Shown here: piece by piece, positions 19,944 through 30,324 of the stretch
Position numbering within the stretch: position 1 is the stretch's first letter
How the letters are laid out: every line of letters starts with the position of its first letter
Assembly (NCBI GenBank): GCA_002343685.1
Contig: DDRS01000021.1
Span: forward strand, 38,283-102,282
Origin: Thiobacillus denitrificans
Lineage (GTDB): Bacteria; Pseudomonadota; Gammaproteobacteria; Burkholderiales; Thiobacillaceae
DNA: 64,000 nt
Reading direction: 5' to 3'
Program-made: the position numbers and the translations under genes
The notes under the pieces: model-generated
What the model saw: the letters and a program-made list of their open reading frames with translations, nothing else
The model's database searches: none
What the model was told of the DNA's origin: nothing

Positions 19944-22900
19944 CCGCGCTCACCATCCTCATCTGCACCCACAACCGGGCGGATCTGCTGCAAAAGACCC
20001 TGGCGTCGCTCAACCGGGCGCGCCGCCCCGCCATGCCCGTGCACATCCTGGTGGCGGCCAATGCCTGCAGTGACGACACCGTGGTGCAGATGCAGGCATA
20101 CCAAGCCTGCCAGACGACCAGAAACGACTTGCCGTTGCAGGTGCTCGACGTGCCCACACCCGGGAAGTCCCATGCGCTGAATGCCGCCATCCCGACCATC
20201 GAAACCGAACTCATTGCCCTGGTGGATGACGATCACCGCGTGGACGAGAATTATTTGACGGCCATCGAACAGGCCGCTGCGGCCTGGCCCGATGCTGGCC
20301 TGTACTGCGGAAGAATCTTGCCGGATTGGGATGGCAACGAGCCAGCCTGGGTACACGACGACGGTCCCTACCGCATCTATCCCCTGCCGGTTCCGCGCTA
20401 CGACCAGGGCGATACGCCCCGAGCCGTCACGGCCGAGGCTGGCCCGATACCGGGCGGCGGCAATCTGGTCGTGCGCCGTCGCGTGTTTGAATTGGCCGGC
20501 CAGTTTTCCACCGAGCTGGGGCCGCACGGCCACGATCTCGGTGGTGGCGAGGACAGCGAATACGTATTGCGCGCCCTGGCGCGTGGCGAGCACTGTCAAT
20601 ATGCGCCGGCCATCGTGCAGTACCACTATGTCGATACGGAACGGCTCCGGCTCGGCTATCTCCTGAAAAAAAGCTATCAGCGAACCCGCTCGACCGCCCG
20701 CCTCCGTGGCAGCGGCTCGGTTCCCTTGTACATGTGGCGCAAGCTGGCCGAGTATGGGGTCCACAGCGCATTCAGTCTGTCGTGGGCCAAGCGACGTTTT
20801 TACTGGGTGCGCACCGCGGCGGCACTGGGCGAGATCCAGGGCTGCCGCGAGTCGGGGCATCGCGGCAAGAACCTGGAACTCCCGCCCGACCGCGGCATCG
20901 TGCTCACCGAATCGCTGGCCTTGGTCACCGCCGTCTGCGGCCTGATCGCCTGGTTCGCCAGCGGCCAGGCGCGCTGGACCGGCCTGCTTCCCGCCCTGGG
21001 CGTGGCCGGAATCGGCACAGCCGCCCTGCTCGCCAAATCGCTGCTCGATTTTTCGCATACCGGCCCCCGTATTCGCGACGAGGTACTCAAGCATTACCGC
21101 CGCTATACGCTGTTTTCGCTGGCACGCCTGACGGCCTGGGCCTTTGCGCTCATGCTCTTCACCGGGGGAGCCGGCGTCCTGCTCTATTTCATGCTTGCCA
21201 CGGCGACGAGCACAGGCTGGTCGGCATGGCTGGCCGCCATCGCCGCGCTGCTCGGCATCCTCGGCGGTTTCGGGCTGCAATTCATCCGCAAGCTGCGTTT
21301 CAATCCCGGACTGCTGGCGGCGTCGATGCATTACCGCATGAGCCGGCTCTATCGGCTCTGGCATGCCATGACGCCGGCACGCATCGCCAGGTTGCAGACT
21401 CTGGGGATCATCCTGATCGGGCTATTGTTCATGGCGGCCTCCTGGCAGTTGGCGAAGGAAAACCGCGTGGCCACCTTGATGGCCCTGTGGGCGGCCACGC
21501 TGTTCTTTGCCGGGACGATCGTGTGGGCCGGCTGGCAACCCGAGGCGCGCGCGCCTCGCAAGCGTTCTGCGCGCACGTCGGATTCGCAGCCCAACATCCT
21601 CATGATCGGATCCGATACGCTGCGCGCCGACCGCTTGGGCGCGCTGGGATATCGCCGCATGCTGACGCCCCATATCGACCGATTGGGCGAGCGCGGCACA
21701 CTCTTCGCCAACTGCTATGTGCCGTGTGCGCGCACAGCACCGAGTCTGATCTCCATGCTGACCGGCACCTGGCCCCACACCCACGGCATCCGCGATAACT
21801 ATGCGGACCACGAGACCACGCGACTGAGCGTGGATGCCCTGCCCGTGTGGCTGAAACAGGCCGGCTATCGTACCGCGGCGATCTCGGACTGGTGCGGTGC
21901 CGACATGGGGAAATTTTCCTTCGGCTTCGACTACACCGACCTGCCGGAAGACCAGTGGAACCTGAAATACCTCATCCGCCAGGGTCCCAAGGACCTGCGG
22001 CTGTTTGTTTCCCTGTTCGTCCATAACCGGCTGGGGCGGTTGCTCCTGCCCGAGGTGTACTATCTCGGCGGCGTACCGCTCACGCAACCGCTCGGCAAGC
22101 GCGCTCGGCGCCTGGTGTCGCGCCTGGCGGAAAACGCACAGCCGTTCTTTCTCAATGTGTTCTACTCCACCACACACCCACCCTTTGCCTCGGAGTGGCC
22201 GTGGTATACGCGCTTCGCCGATCCGGGCTATGCCGGCGAGTCAAAATTCGCGATGGCCCGGCTCACGGACCCGTTCGAGATCATCCGGCGCCAGGGCGCA
22301 CCCAGGGAGGAATTCGATCTCGACCAGATCATCGACTTGTACGACGGCTGCGTGGCGGAGTTCGACGACGAAGTCGGCAAGATGCTGGCGCATCTGGAGG
22401 TCTGCGGCCTGGCCGACAATACGATCATCGTCGTCTACTCCGACCACGGCATGGAATTCTTCGAGCACGACACCTGGGGACAGGGCAATTCCGCCGTCGG
22501 CGATTTCAGCCCGCGCATTCCGCTCGTCATCCGCGCCCCCGGCCGTCCGGCACGCGGCACGGTGGACCAGGTGGTGCGCTCGATCGACCTGGCCCCCACG
22601 TTACTTGAACTCGTCGGCGCACCGCCCGTCGCCAGCGTGGACGGGGTATCGCTCGCAGGCTGCATGGGGCTGGGCGGCGACTGCCCCGAACTCGACGCCT
22701 TCAATGAAACCGGCATCTGGATCGCGCATATTCCCGGTCTGCCGGATGCGCACCTGCGCTATCCCAACCTGCTGGAACTGATGGAGGTGCCGGATCGCGC
22801 CAGCGGCGCCCTGGCAATCAAGTCCGAATACTGCAACGCCATCCTCGACGCCAAGGACCGCATGATCCGAAGCGGCCGCTGGAAACTGGTCTACCAGCCG

Positions 22901-23053
22901 CTCGAGACAGGCCATGCGCTCAGTCTGTTCGACCTGGAAACCGACCCCGCCTGCCAGCACGACGTGTCGGCGCACCATCCGCAGCTGAAGGCGGATTTAT
23001 GGGCCCGGTTGCAGGCCTTTGTCCAGGCGTCGCGGCAGCGCGCGCGCCCCTGA
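19940..23053 (+). CDS. Fusion: GT2 - membrane domain - sulfatase/alkaline-phosphatase-superfamily domain
   Basis: N-term CTHNR/VDDD/GGED; about 6 TM segments; PNILMIGSDTLRAD, RTAPS, THPP, YSDHG, IDLAPT, WKL. Confidence 0.88.
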   Translation: MTALTILICTHNRADLLQKTLASLNRARRPAMPVHILVAANACSDDTVVQMQAYQACQTTRNDLPLQVLDVPTPGKSHALNAAIPTIETELIALVDDDHRVDENYLTAIEQAAAAWPDAGLYCGRILPDWDGNEPAWVHDDGPYRIYPLPVPRYDQGDTPRAVTAEAGPIPGGGNLVVRRRVFELAGQFSTELGPHGHDLGGGEDSEYVLRALARGEHCQYAPAIVQYHYVDTERLRLGYLLKKSYQRTRSTARLRGSGSVPLYMWRKLAEYGVHSAFSLSWAKRRFYWVRTAAALGEIQGCRESGHRGKNLELPPDRGIVLTESLALVTAVCGLIAWFASGQARWTGLLPALGVAGIGTAALLAKSLLDFSHTGPRIRDEVLKHYRRYTLFSLARLTAWAFALMLFTGGAGVLLYFMLATATSTGWSAWLAAIAALLGILGGFGLQFIRKLRFNPGLLAASMHYRMSRLYRLWHAMTPARIARLQTLGIILIGLLFMAASWQLAKENRVATLMALWAATLFFAGTIVWAGWQPEARAPRKRSARTSDSQPNILMIGSDTLRADRLGALGYRRMLTPHIDRLGERGTLFANCYVPCARTAPSLISMLTGTWPHTHGIRDNYADHETTRLSVDALPVWLKQAGYRTAAISDWCGADMGKFSFGFDYTDLPEDQWNLKYLIRQGPKDLRLFVSLFVHNRLGRLLLPEVYYLGGVPLTQPLGKRARRLVSRLAENAQPFFLNVFYSTTHPPFASEWPWYTRFADPGYAGESKFAMARLTDPFEIIRRQGAPREEFDLDQIIDLYDGCVAEFDDEVGKMLAHLEVCGLADNTIIVVYSDHGMEFFEHDTWGQGNSAVGDFSPRIPLVIRAPGRPARGTVDQVVRSIDLAPTLLELVGAPPVASVDGVSLAGCMGLGGDCPELDAFNETGIWIAHIPGLPDAHLRYPNLLELMEVPDRASGALAIKSEYCNAILDAKDRMIRSGRWKLVYQPLETGHALSLFDLETDPACQHDVSAHHPQLKADLWARLQAFVQASRQRARP

Positions 23054-23830
23054 TCAATCCGGGCAGAAGCGGCAGTAGGGATTGGTCGGCGAGCCGATTT
23101 TGGGCGGCGCTGCAGGCGTCTCGGCAGGAGGCGGCGGTGCGCTCGCAGACGACTCGACGGGCGGCATGGAACCGGGTTCGGCAGTCGGCGCGGCGGCGTC
23201 CGTGTCCGCCTGAACGGCAACCGGCACAGGCTCGACGGGGGTCGGGTACGGCAGCTTGCCGCCCAGTTCGGTGTAGCGCCGTTGCAGGCTCTTGGTGTCG
23301 GGATTGTGCCGCAAGCCCTCCGTGACGGTCTCCAGGGCCTTGGCGCGATTCTTCTGCTGGCTGTACATGTCTGCCAACGTCATGTAGGCACGGGGCTGTT
23401 TCGGATCCGCCTCGATCGCCTTCATCAGATCCCCGACCGCCTCGCCCGTCCGCTTCATCATCGACAGGGCAATGCCGCGATTCATGAGGATCTCGGGGCG
23501 CAGGGAAAAATCCGGGTGGGTATGGGCAAGCATGTAATCGAAGTTGCGCAGCGCCGCTTCCAGCGTGCCCTGTCGATCCTTGTTGGACGACCCCATGCCG
23601 CGCGCCCGATTCACGAAATTGAGTCCGGCACAGTAATGATGGACGTGCATGAAGTCGGATCCCATGGAATCCCGCCAGCTCCTGAACGCTTCCGATTTTT
23701 CATCGAATCGCGCCGCACAATAAGGCGGGAGTGTGGCCATCTCCGCCGGGCTTGGCTTCCACTCCGCCGTAGCGGGCAGGGCCATGACAAGCCCTGCCAG
23801 TCCCAGCATCAATTTGGTGAGCGTCTTCAT
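23054..23830 (-). CDS. Exported TPR protein with Pro/Ala linker and terminal CxxC
   Basis: Signal peptide MKTLTKLMLGLAGLVMALPATA, TPR-like helices, C-terminus PYCRFCPD. Confidence 0.8.
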   Translation of the reverse strand: MKTLTKLMLGLAGLVMALPATAEWKPSPAEMATLPPYCAARFDEKSEAFRSWRDSMGSDFMHVHHYCAGLNFVNRARGMGSSNKDRQGTLEAALRNFDYMLAHTHPDFSLRPEILMNRGIALSMMKRTGEAVGDLMKAIEADPKQPRAYMTLADMYSQQKNRAKALETVTEGLRHNPDTKSLQRRYTELGGKLPYPTPVEPVPVAVQADTDAAAPTAEPGSMPPVESSASAPPPPAETPAAPPKIGSPTNPYCRFCPD

Positions 23831-23861
23831 CGCGCGTCCTTTCTCTATCATCTCGATTCCG

Positions 23862-24725
23862 TCATGCCGACCGTATCTCCCGAATGGCCAGCCAGTCAAA
23901 CAGGGTGTTCAATCCGCGCCAATCCAGCCTGAGCACCTCCGGGTAGCGGGGATACAGGTCGCGCACATGAAATGGCAGTGCAGTGAACCCAGCAGGCTGA
24001 ATGGCCCGTCCCAGCATTTTGTTCTGATATCCTCGCACGCTGTAGCGAACGCGCCGCCGAAAGTATTTTTTCCATTCGCGCGGCAACCAGGGCGATACCG
24101 AGTCGAATTCAAACCCCGCCTCGCGGGCCACGACCACCCGGCTGTTGTCCCAGCGGGTGTCCCCCTGCAAATCCCATTTCAGCATCGCGCCCATCAGCGC
24201 ATCCTCGCCGATGGTGCCGACAGGCATTTTGATGGCCTGGGCACGGATGCGTTCCACGAAGCTTCCCCGCAAGCCATATAGATTGCCCGCCACGCCATTA
24301 TCCCTGAGCATGTCGTGCTGGAACGCTGCAACACCGCGACCGCTTTGCGGCAAGGCCGACACGCCGTTTGCCTGGGGATGCTGCGCCAATGCCTGTGCCA
24401 TGACATCGAGCGAGCCAGCCACCGCCCGCACATCGCCATCGATGAAAAAACAGGGCGTCGCCGTGCACACAACGATCTCATGGACGAAGACGTTCCAGGC
24501 GTTGGCCTTGTCTCCCAGCGCGATCGACACGAGGTGGACATTGGGGTGATCGGCCGCATATTCGCGTACCAGCGCTTCGGTCCGATCGGTGCAGGCATTG
24601 GCCAGCACGTGGCAGGCGAGCGGATGGGTCGCGGCGGCCTGCAGGCTGTCGAGGCAGGCGACGATGTTGCGCGCTTCATTATGGGCAAAAACGGCGACGG
24701 GCCAAGGAGATACGGTATCTGTCAT
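23862..24725 (-). CDS. Glycosyltransferase family 2
   Basis: AHNEA, NACTD, FIDGD, IGED. Confidence 0.85.
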   Translation of the reverse strand: MTDTVSPWPVAVFAHNEARNIVACLDSLQAAATHPLACHVLANACTDRTEALVREYAADHPNVHLVSIALGDKANAWNVFVHEIVVCTATPCFFIDGDVRAVAGSLDVMAQALAQHPQANGVSALPQSGRGVAAFQHDMLRDNGVAGNLYGLRGSFVERIRAQAIKMPVGTIGEDALMGAMLKWDLQGDTRWDNSRVVVAREAGFEFDSVSPWLPREWKKYFRRRVRYSVRGYQNKMLGRAIQPAGFTALPFHVRDLYPRYPEVLRLDWRGLNTLFDWLAIREIRSA

Positions 24726-24734
24726 GGATGCGGC

Positions 24735-25889
24735 TCAGGACCGGGTTGTTGTCATGTTCAGTTGGCGGGTTTTCTCTGCCACCCGCTCCCAGGAGAATTC
24801 GCGTTCCACCCGCTGCAATGCGCGCTGGCCCCAAGCACGAGTCAAGTCCGGCTGCGCCAGCAGGCTGCGCAAACCGTCTGCCACGGCATCGACCGACGTG
24901 CCATCCACCCGCAGCCCCGTCTCGCCATGCAGGACCGCCGATCCCGTGCCGCCGGCCAGGCCGGCCAGGCTCGGTTTGCCGCAGGCAGCCGCCTCGATGA
25001 AGACCATGCCGAAGCCCTCGTTGTCGCCGTTGATCTCGCGGTTGGGCATGGCAAATATATCGCAGGCATTCTGCCAGCGTGGCAGATCCGCTTCCTTGAC
25101 CGGGCCAATGCGATGGACCACGCCCGTCAGGCCGAGATCATGGATCAGCTCGTCGAGATAGTCGGCATCCTCGCCTATCCCGCCAATGACATAGCGCAGC
25201 GGCATCCCTTCGGCATGCAGTCGCCCCACGGCCCGGATCATCTGATCAAAACCCTTGCGACGCGACAGCCTGCCGACCGAGAACAGCAGTTTCTCGTCCG
25301 TGCCGATCCCCAGGCTCTCGCGCAACCCCGTGGTGTCCAGCCCCGGCCGGAATACCGAGACGTCGACACCGGGATAGATGAGCGTGATGCGCGCCGGATC
25401 GACGCCCATGCCCCGCAAGGTATCACGCGTATGGTCGCTGTTGGCAATGACCCGGTCGGCATGACGCAGGGCGAACCGCATCGCCCTGAATTTCCGGCCG
25501 TTCCCCCAGCTGGTGAGTTCTTCGCCATGGGCATAGATGGCCACCGGCCTGAACGTCAAGCGCGCCACCCCCCATGCCACCAACCCCTCCGGCAGCGCGC
25601 GGAAGGCATGCACAGCCTCGAAACGGTGCGTAAACCCCAACCGCAGCGACCGGAGGAAAAAACGGGCATACATCGCGAGCGACTCGGGACGCAGCCAGGC
25701 CACACGCCTGAGGCTCAGACGATGAATGGTATTGGGATGCGTCGCGTCCACAGCCGCCGCGCCGGCCACATCGGCAGTGACGATATGGATTTCCTTGCCG
25801 CCGAGACGCCGGTACACCTCAGCGGCCCACACGGCTGTACCGCCCTTGGTCGGGAGAAAGAGTTCGGTGAGGACGAGCAGACGAGTCAT
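24735..25889 (-). CDS. Glycosyltransferase family 4
   Basis: VGRLSRRKG, EGFGMVFIEAAACG. Confidence 0.92.
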   Translation of the reverse strand: MTRLLVLTELFLPTKGGTAVWAAEVYRRLGGKEIHIVTADVAGAAAVDATHPNTIHRLSLRRVAWLRPESLAMYARFFLRSLRLGFTHRFEAVHAFRALPEGLVAWGVARLTFRPVAIYAHGEELTSWGNGRKFRAMRFALRHADRVIANSDHTRDTLRGMGVDPARITLIYPGVDVSVFRPGLDTTGLRESLGIGTDEKLLFSVGRLSRRKGFDQMIRAVGRLHAEGMPLRYVIGGIGEDADYLDELIHDLGLTGVVHRIGPVKEADLPRWQNACDIFAMPNREINGDNEGFGMVFIEAAACGKPSLAGLAGGTGSAVLHGETGLRVDGTSVDAVADGLRSLLAQPDLTRAWGQRALQRVEREFSWERVAEKTRQLNMTTTRS

Positions 25890-26088
25890 GATGGGGAAGC
25901 GGGGCAGGCCGTATGGCGTCATCGGAACCTGCGGCGGTTATTTGTCGGTTTTGAAATTTCTGCGGAATTGGATTTGTCAATGCAGCATGCCTGAATGATA
26001 ACGGCCCTGCCCGGAATCAGGCGATTTATGCCGCGACTTGGCCCCCTTCCATCTTGCACGCTGTCGAGAACCATCTTCACAACCCGCA

Positions 26089-27057
26089 TTAATGTTGTCG
26101 CGTTATCGCTTGGCGAATGCGGTTCTTCAGTACTTTCCCTGCCAGGCTGAAGTGGTGCCAGTACAGTCCATTGACCGTTGAGTCGAAAAGATTGCGCCAT
26201 GGAAAAGCCAAGTGATTCTGATATGCGTAATAGGCCTTGTTGAAATGTGCGCTTGCCAGGGAAGCCGTCGTCAATCGCTTGAGCAGGGGCGTGGCGGCAA
26301 CCTCGTCCAGGTTCAAAAGTCCTTTGCGAATATGGATGATGGTGTCGATGAGACGTTGTTTTTCCTCCGGCCGGCTGAAATAACTCTGTCCTTCGCATCG
26401 CACGCGATAGCTGGGCGTCACGAGCAGGCCACACGTACAGCGAAGTGCCACCCGGTAATACCATTCCAGGTCCTCGAACCCTTTTCCGCTGTAGAACCCG
26501 ACTTTCTGCAATTGGGTCCGCTTGATCGCCACCCGCTGAAACGCCATCGGGATACGCTCGAGCAATGCGCCGAACAACAGGTCGGAATGCAGGCGCAACA
26601 CGCCTTCGGCCCTCTCCAGGCGCTCGCCCATTGCAGCGAGTACACGCGTCACTGCCTGCGCCTGATTGTGTCGGGTCCCCTCGGCATCGCTGCCGAAAGG
26701 TTCCACATTCACAAACAAACAATCCAGGTTCGCATCGTCCCGGAAAGCCGCATCGATCCGCGCCAACGCATCGGCACCGAGCAAATCGTCGTCGTCGAGA
26801 AAGAAAATCACATCGCCAGTCGCCGTCCGCATTCCCGCATTGCGGGCTGCCGAGGGTCCTTGCGCCGCCTCGTTCCGCAGCAGCCTGATGCGTCCTGCCC
26901 ATTCTTTCTGTCGGGAATCGAACGTCACGGCGGGACAGGACCCATCGTCCACCACGATGACATCCCATTCGTCGAAGCGCTGAGCCTCGACACTGGCAAT
27001 AGCCTCACGGAGCAATTCTGGACGATCGTGAGTCGTGATTACAACGGTGATCTGCAT
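26089..27057 (-). CDS. Glycosyltransferase family 2
   Basis: VVITTHDR, VDDGS, FLDDDD, FED. Confidence 0.88.
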   Translation of the reverse strand: MQITVVITTHDRPELLREAIASVEAQRFDEWDVIVVDDGSCPAVTFDSRQKEWAGRIRLLRNEAAQGPSAARNAGMRTATGDVIFFLDDDDLLGADALARIDAAFRDDANLDCLFVNVEPFGSDAEGTRHNQAQAVTRVLAAMGERLERAEGVLRLHSDLLFGALLERIPMAFQRVAIKRTQLQKVGFYSGKGFEDLEWYYRVALRCTCGLLVTPSYRVRCEGQSYFSRPEEKQRLIDTIIHIRKGLLNLDEVAATPLLKRLTTASLASAHFNKAYYAYQNHLAFPWRNLFDSTVNGLYWHHFSLAGKVLKNRIRQAITRQH

Positions 27058-27157
27058 ACCCTACCCATGTTATCCAGGGGCCTCGTTCAGACCAGACAAA
27101 CCTTCCATCCGACTATTCTCAATGCCGGCCATGCACCTGCCTGCAAAACCAGCATAC

Positions 27158-28087
27158 TCAACCGGTCAGCATCGACAGCACAGCACGCAGGCTCTGCCAG
27201 CCGGGGCGCGCGGCCAGCAGCGGCAACACGGCCCGGACGGCCGCGATACGCTGCCCGCTCTTGCTCAATGCACAGCCGAGGTTGTAGCGCGCGCCGTACA
27301 TCCGGCCCGCCACCCCCTGCCTGACCGGTGTCGGAAAACGTTCGGCCAGCCGCATCAGGTCGGACAACGTGCGCACATTTTCACGCTGCGCTGCCACCGG
27401 ATTGCGGCGCGTGGCGCTGCCGCCATGTATCACGTACACGCCGAGGCTTTCGCAGATTACGCCGATACGATGACTATTGGCCACCAGCCGGGTCAGAAAA
27501 TGGACATCCTCGCAGACCTTGAATCCGGTCGGGTAACCGCCCAGTTCGATGAACCGGGCGCGTGGAACCGACAGCGTGTGCGTATCGCCGAAATGATCGG
27601 CCACGAAAGCCGTGATTTCTGCGGGCGTGTCCATCACCACACGCACCGCTCCGGCTGCCTTGGCTTGTATCAGCCGCCCCGATTCGTGCTGCGCCATCGA
27701 CGTACCGAGCAGCTTCCCGTCCGTATCGCGATACTCATAGTCGCCCGTCAGGCAATCCAGCGTCGCGTCCTCGGCAATCCATGCCGCATGGAGCTCGACG
27801 CGACCGGGCGCATACCAGTCGTCGGCGTCGAGAAACGCCAGCCAATCGCCTGTGGCGGCAGCGGCGCCGGCATTGCGCGCTACCGATACGCCGCTGTTGG
27901 GCTGCTGGATCAAACGCACCCCCTCGCCGAACCGGCGCGCGACATCGGCCGTGGCATCGGTCGAGCCGTCATCCACCACGATGATTTCATGTATCGGCCA
28001 GCTTTGCGCACGCACCGACTCGATGGCGCGCGCCAGGGTATCGGCTGCGTTGAATGCGGGAATGATGACCGAGAAACGCGGGCTCAT
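27158..28087 (-). CDS. Glycosyltransferase family 2
   Basis: SVIIPAFN, VDDGSTD, FLDADD, CED. Confidence 0.92.
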   Translation of the reverse strand: MSPRFSVIIPAFNAADTLARAIESVRAQSWPIHEIIVVDDGSTDATADVARRFGEGVRLIQQPNSGVSVARNAGAAAATGDWLAFLDADDWYAPGRVELHAAWIAEDATLDCLTGDYEYRDTDGKLLGTSMAQHESGRLIQAKAAGAVRVVMDTPAEITAFVADHFGDTHTLSVPRARFIELGGYPTGFKVCEDVHFLTRLVANSHRIGVICESLGVYVIHGGSATRRNPVAAQRENVRTLSDLMRLAERFPTPVRQGVAGRMYGARYNLGCALSKSGQRIAAVRAVLPLLAARPGWQSLRAVLSMLTG

Positions 28088-29277
28088 GCCGAACGTCCCA
28101 GCCAGGCCAGCGGCAGCGCCAGGCCGCTTAGCCGGGCCATCCGGCGAAAGCGCGGCACCTCGTCCAGCCGAATGCGCCAGACGGCAAGGCGACGACGCAA
28201 CCGGCCTTCGATCCAGGCCGGATCCCGTTTTTCGATCGCATGTGCCAGTTCAAGCGGAGTGAGAAAGCGCACGTTCGGGCAGGCGGCCAAGGCTGCATGC
28301 AATCCCGCTTCGAGTGCCGCAAGACCGGCATCCGCTGCCTGTAGGAAATTGAAGCGATGGGTTTCCACCAGACATGCCCGCCCCTGCCGGGTACGTGCCT
28401 TGAGCCCATCCGCCAGCCGTTGCGGCAAATGCCCCAGGGAGGGTTCGAAATACACATCGCGTACCAGATAGGTTTGCCCGGTCCGTGAGCGCTCGCCGGA
28501 CAACATCGACGCATCCACGCATCCCGGCCGGCCCACGGCATCCCGACACGTGGCGCGCTGGCCGGGTGTGATGACGACATCAATTCCCGACTGCGCCCAC
28601 GCCGCCTCGACGGCTTCGCCCCAGATGAATGTCGTGGCGACCGCCACTTGCGGCAACCGGCCCAAAACAGCCTGATACGCTGCCGTCTCCGCGGCAACGG
28701 CTTGCTCGATCGCCACGGTCGGCAGTGCACGCGAGGGCAGATCCGAGGCATCGACCCAGCGGCTCTGCAAGGGGGACGGCAGCGCCTCGGTCGCGGCAGG
28801 TTCCGGCGCGGCGAGCCAGTCCCGTACCGCCGCTTCGTTCTGGGCCGCGGCCAGCAGGGCCGGCGGCCAGTAGTGGCACTGGCCATGCAACTGCGGGGCA
28901 AACACCCCGGCCTCGATGCCTGTCTGCATCGCCACACGCACCGCCTCGAAGCGCTCGTCAGCGAGCGTCAAGGCGTGATATTCCGTAAAACGGCTCGCTG
29001 CGATGCGGGCCCCATCCGGTACCTCCAGCACGACACCCAATGTCATAACGGCCGGACGGCCGTTGCGGTCGCGTATGCGCTGCAACAGGCCCGACAGGCG
29101 GGTCAATGCATCCGCCTGGGACAATGGTCCTGCACCCCAGTCGTCGCTTTCGACGATGAGCACGGGATGACGCAGCACCGGTTCGCGCCAGCGTGCGACG
29201 AGCGGACCGGAGAATGCCAGCAGCACCCCTGCCCATAGCAGCATCACCATCGCCAGGAGCAGTGCCAGTACAGTCAT
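28084..29277 (-). CDS. Membrane-anchored putative carbohydrate deacetylase-fold protein
   Basis: N-terminal TM; ESDDWG, PQLHG..H, ETHR..NF resemble CE4-like motifs. Confidence 0.6.
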   Translation of the reverse strand: MTVLALLLAMVMLLWAGVLLAFSGPLVARWREPVLRHPVLIVESDDWGAGPLSQADALTRLSGLLQRIRDRNGRPAVMTLGVVLEVPDGARIAASRFTEYHALTLADERFEAVRVAMQTGIEAGVFAPQLHGQCHYWPPALLAAAQNEAAVRDWLAAPEPAATEALPSPLQSRWVDASDLPSRALPTVAIEQAVAAETAAYQAVLGRLPQVAVATTFIWGEAVEAAWAQSGIDVVITPGQRATCRDAVGRPGCVDASMLSGERSRTGQTYLVRDVYFEPSLGHLPQRLADGLKARTRQGRACLVETHRFNFLQAADAGLAALEAGLHAALAACPNVRFLTPLELAHAIEKRDPAWIEGRLRRRLAVWRIRLDEVPRFRRMARLSGLALPLAWLGRSA

Positions 29278-30200
29278 CGATACCCCATCTCCGCCGCCAC
29301 GTCAGCCACCTGCGGCAACACCCGTTCGATCTTGTCCCGGTTGCGGCCATCCTTCCATTTGTCCAGGCGGATTTCGGAAAACGCGTTGTAGGGAATGTCG
29401 AGCACCTCGGCGCAGTGCGCCTGCAGATGCGAATCGAAGGCCAGGCCACAGCCTTCGAATACCTGGCGGAAGGTGGCGACCGGGTCGCGCAGGAAATCCT
29501 CGTAGAACACCTCGACCCACTGTCCGGCAGGAATGCCGGCCTTGGCATCGAGGATGGCCCGGTTGACCGCGGCATACTGAAAGGCGGCGACCTCTTCGAC
29601 CGGTGCGTTCACGTAATGGCGCCAGCCCTCGGAAAGAAAGAAACACCATTGCGTCAATTGCCCGCCCTCCACACCCACGCGCGCCGGCAGGTCGTTCGAC
29701 CAGGTGGCGAATTCGTCGGGCTTGCGCCAGCCTTCGATCAGCGAATTGAGGTTGTCGCCCGGGCTGCGCTTGACGAAAACGAACACGGCGTCGGGAAACA
29801 GTGCCCGCAGATACGCGACGCACAGCCCGTTCTGATTGTTCTTGTCGACCCAGCGATGATGGCCGGTCCAGCTGTAGAAGTAGCGGCTGACGTCGTCGCG
29901 TTCGGCTGCGCTGGCATCCATCGCATCGAGCGCGTGCGTGTTCCAGTCCTTGTCGGCCAGAGGATGCAGGTCTGTCCAGTAATCATGGGTCTCGCGTTGC
30001 AGACTGCCGATCTCGCGCGACTCGGACAGCGTTTTGTAGACCAGCGTGGTCCCGGCCCGGGAGCAACCGATCACGATGATGGGTCGTTCCGCCGGCCGCG
30101 GCGAAAGCTGCCAGCGCATCCGGCGCAAGGCGCGACGCGTTCGCCGCGCATGGAATGCCAGCGTCTTGACCACCTTTTCAGCAAATTCACTCAAACTCAT
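29274..30200 (-). CDS. Sulfotransferase
   Basis: IIVIGCSRAGTT, WVDKN, FVKRSPGDNLNS, VFYEDF. Confidence 0.85.
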   Translation of the reverse strand: MSLSEFAEKVVKTLAFHARRTRRALRRMRWQLSPRPAERPIIVIGCSRAGTTLVYKTLSESREIGSLQRETHDYWTDLHPLADKDWNTHALDAMDASAAERDDVSRYFYSWTGHHRWVDKNNQNGLCVAYLRALFPDAVFVFVKRSPGDNLNSLIEGWRKPDEFATWSNDLPARVGVEGGQLTQWCFFLSEGWRHYVNAPVEEVAAFQYAAVNRAILDAKAGIPAGQWVEVFYEDFLRDPVATFRQVFEGCGLAFDSHLQAHCAEVLDIPYNAFSEIRLDKWKDGRNRDKIERVLPQVADVAAEMGYR

Positions 30201-30249
30201 AGACTTTCTGTCGTTATCAAACGGAGTCCGATTACACCGCAACCGGGCA

Positions 30250-30265
30250 TACAGGATTCGTGCCA
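30250..30265 (-). promoter_or_regulatory. Degenerate sigma-54-like site upstream of sulfotransferase block
   Basis: TGGCACGAATCCTGTA: perfect -24 element, GT instead of GC at -12. Confidence 0.35.
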
Positions 30266-30324
30266 ATCGGCCAGCTCGTTTATATTGGCGGACATTATCC
30301 CGTATCACGCTGACACAACACACC

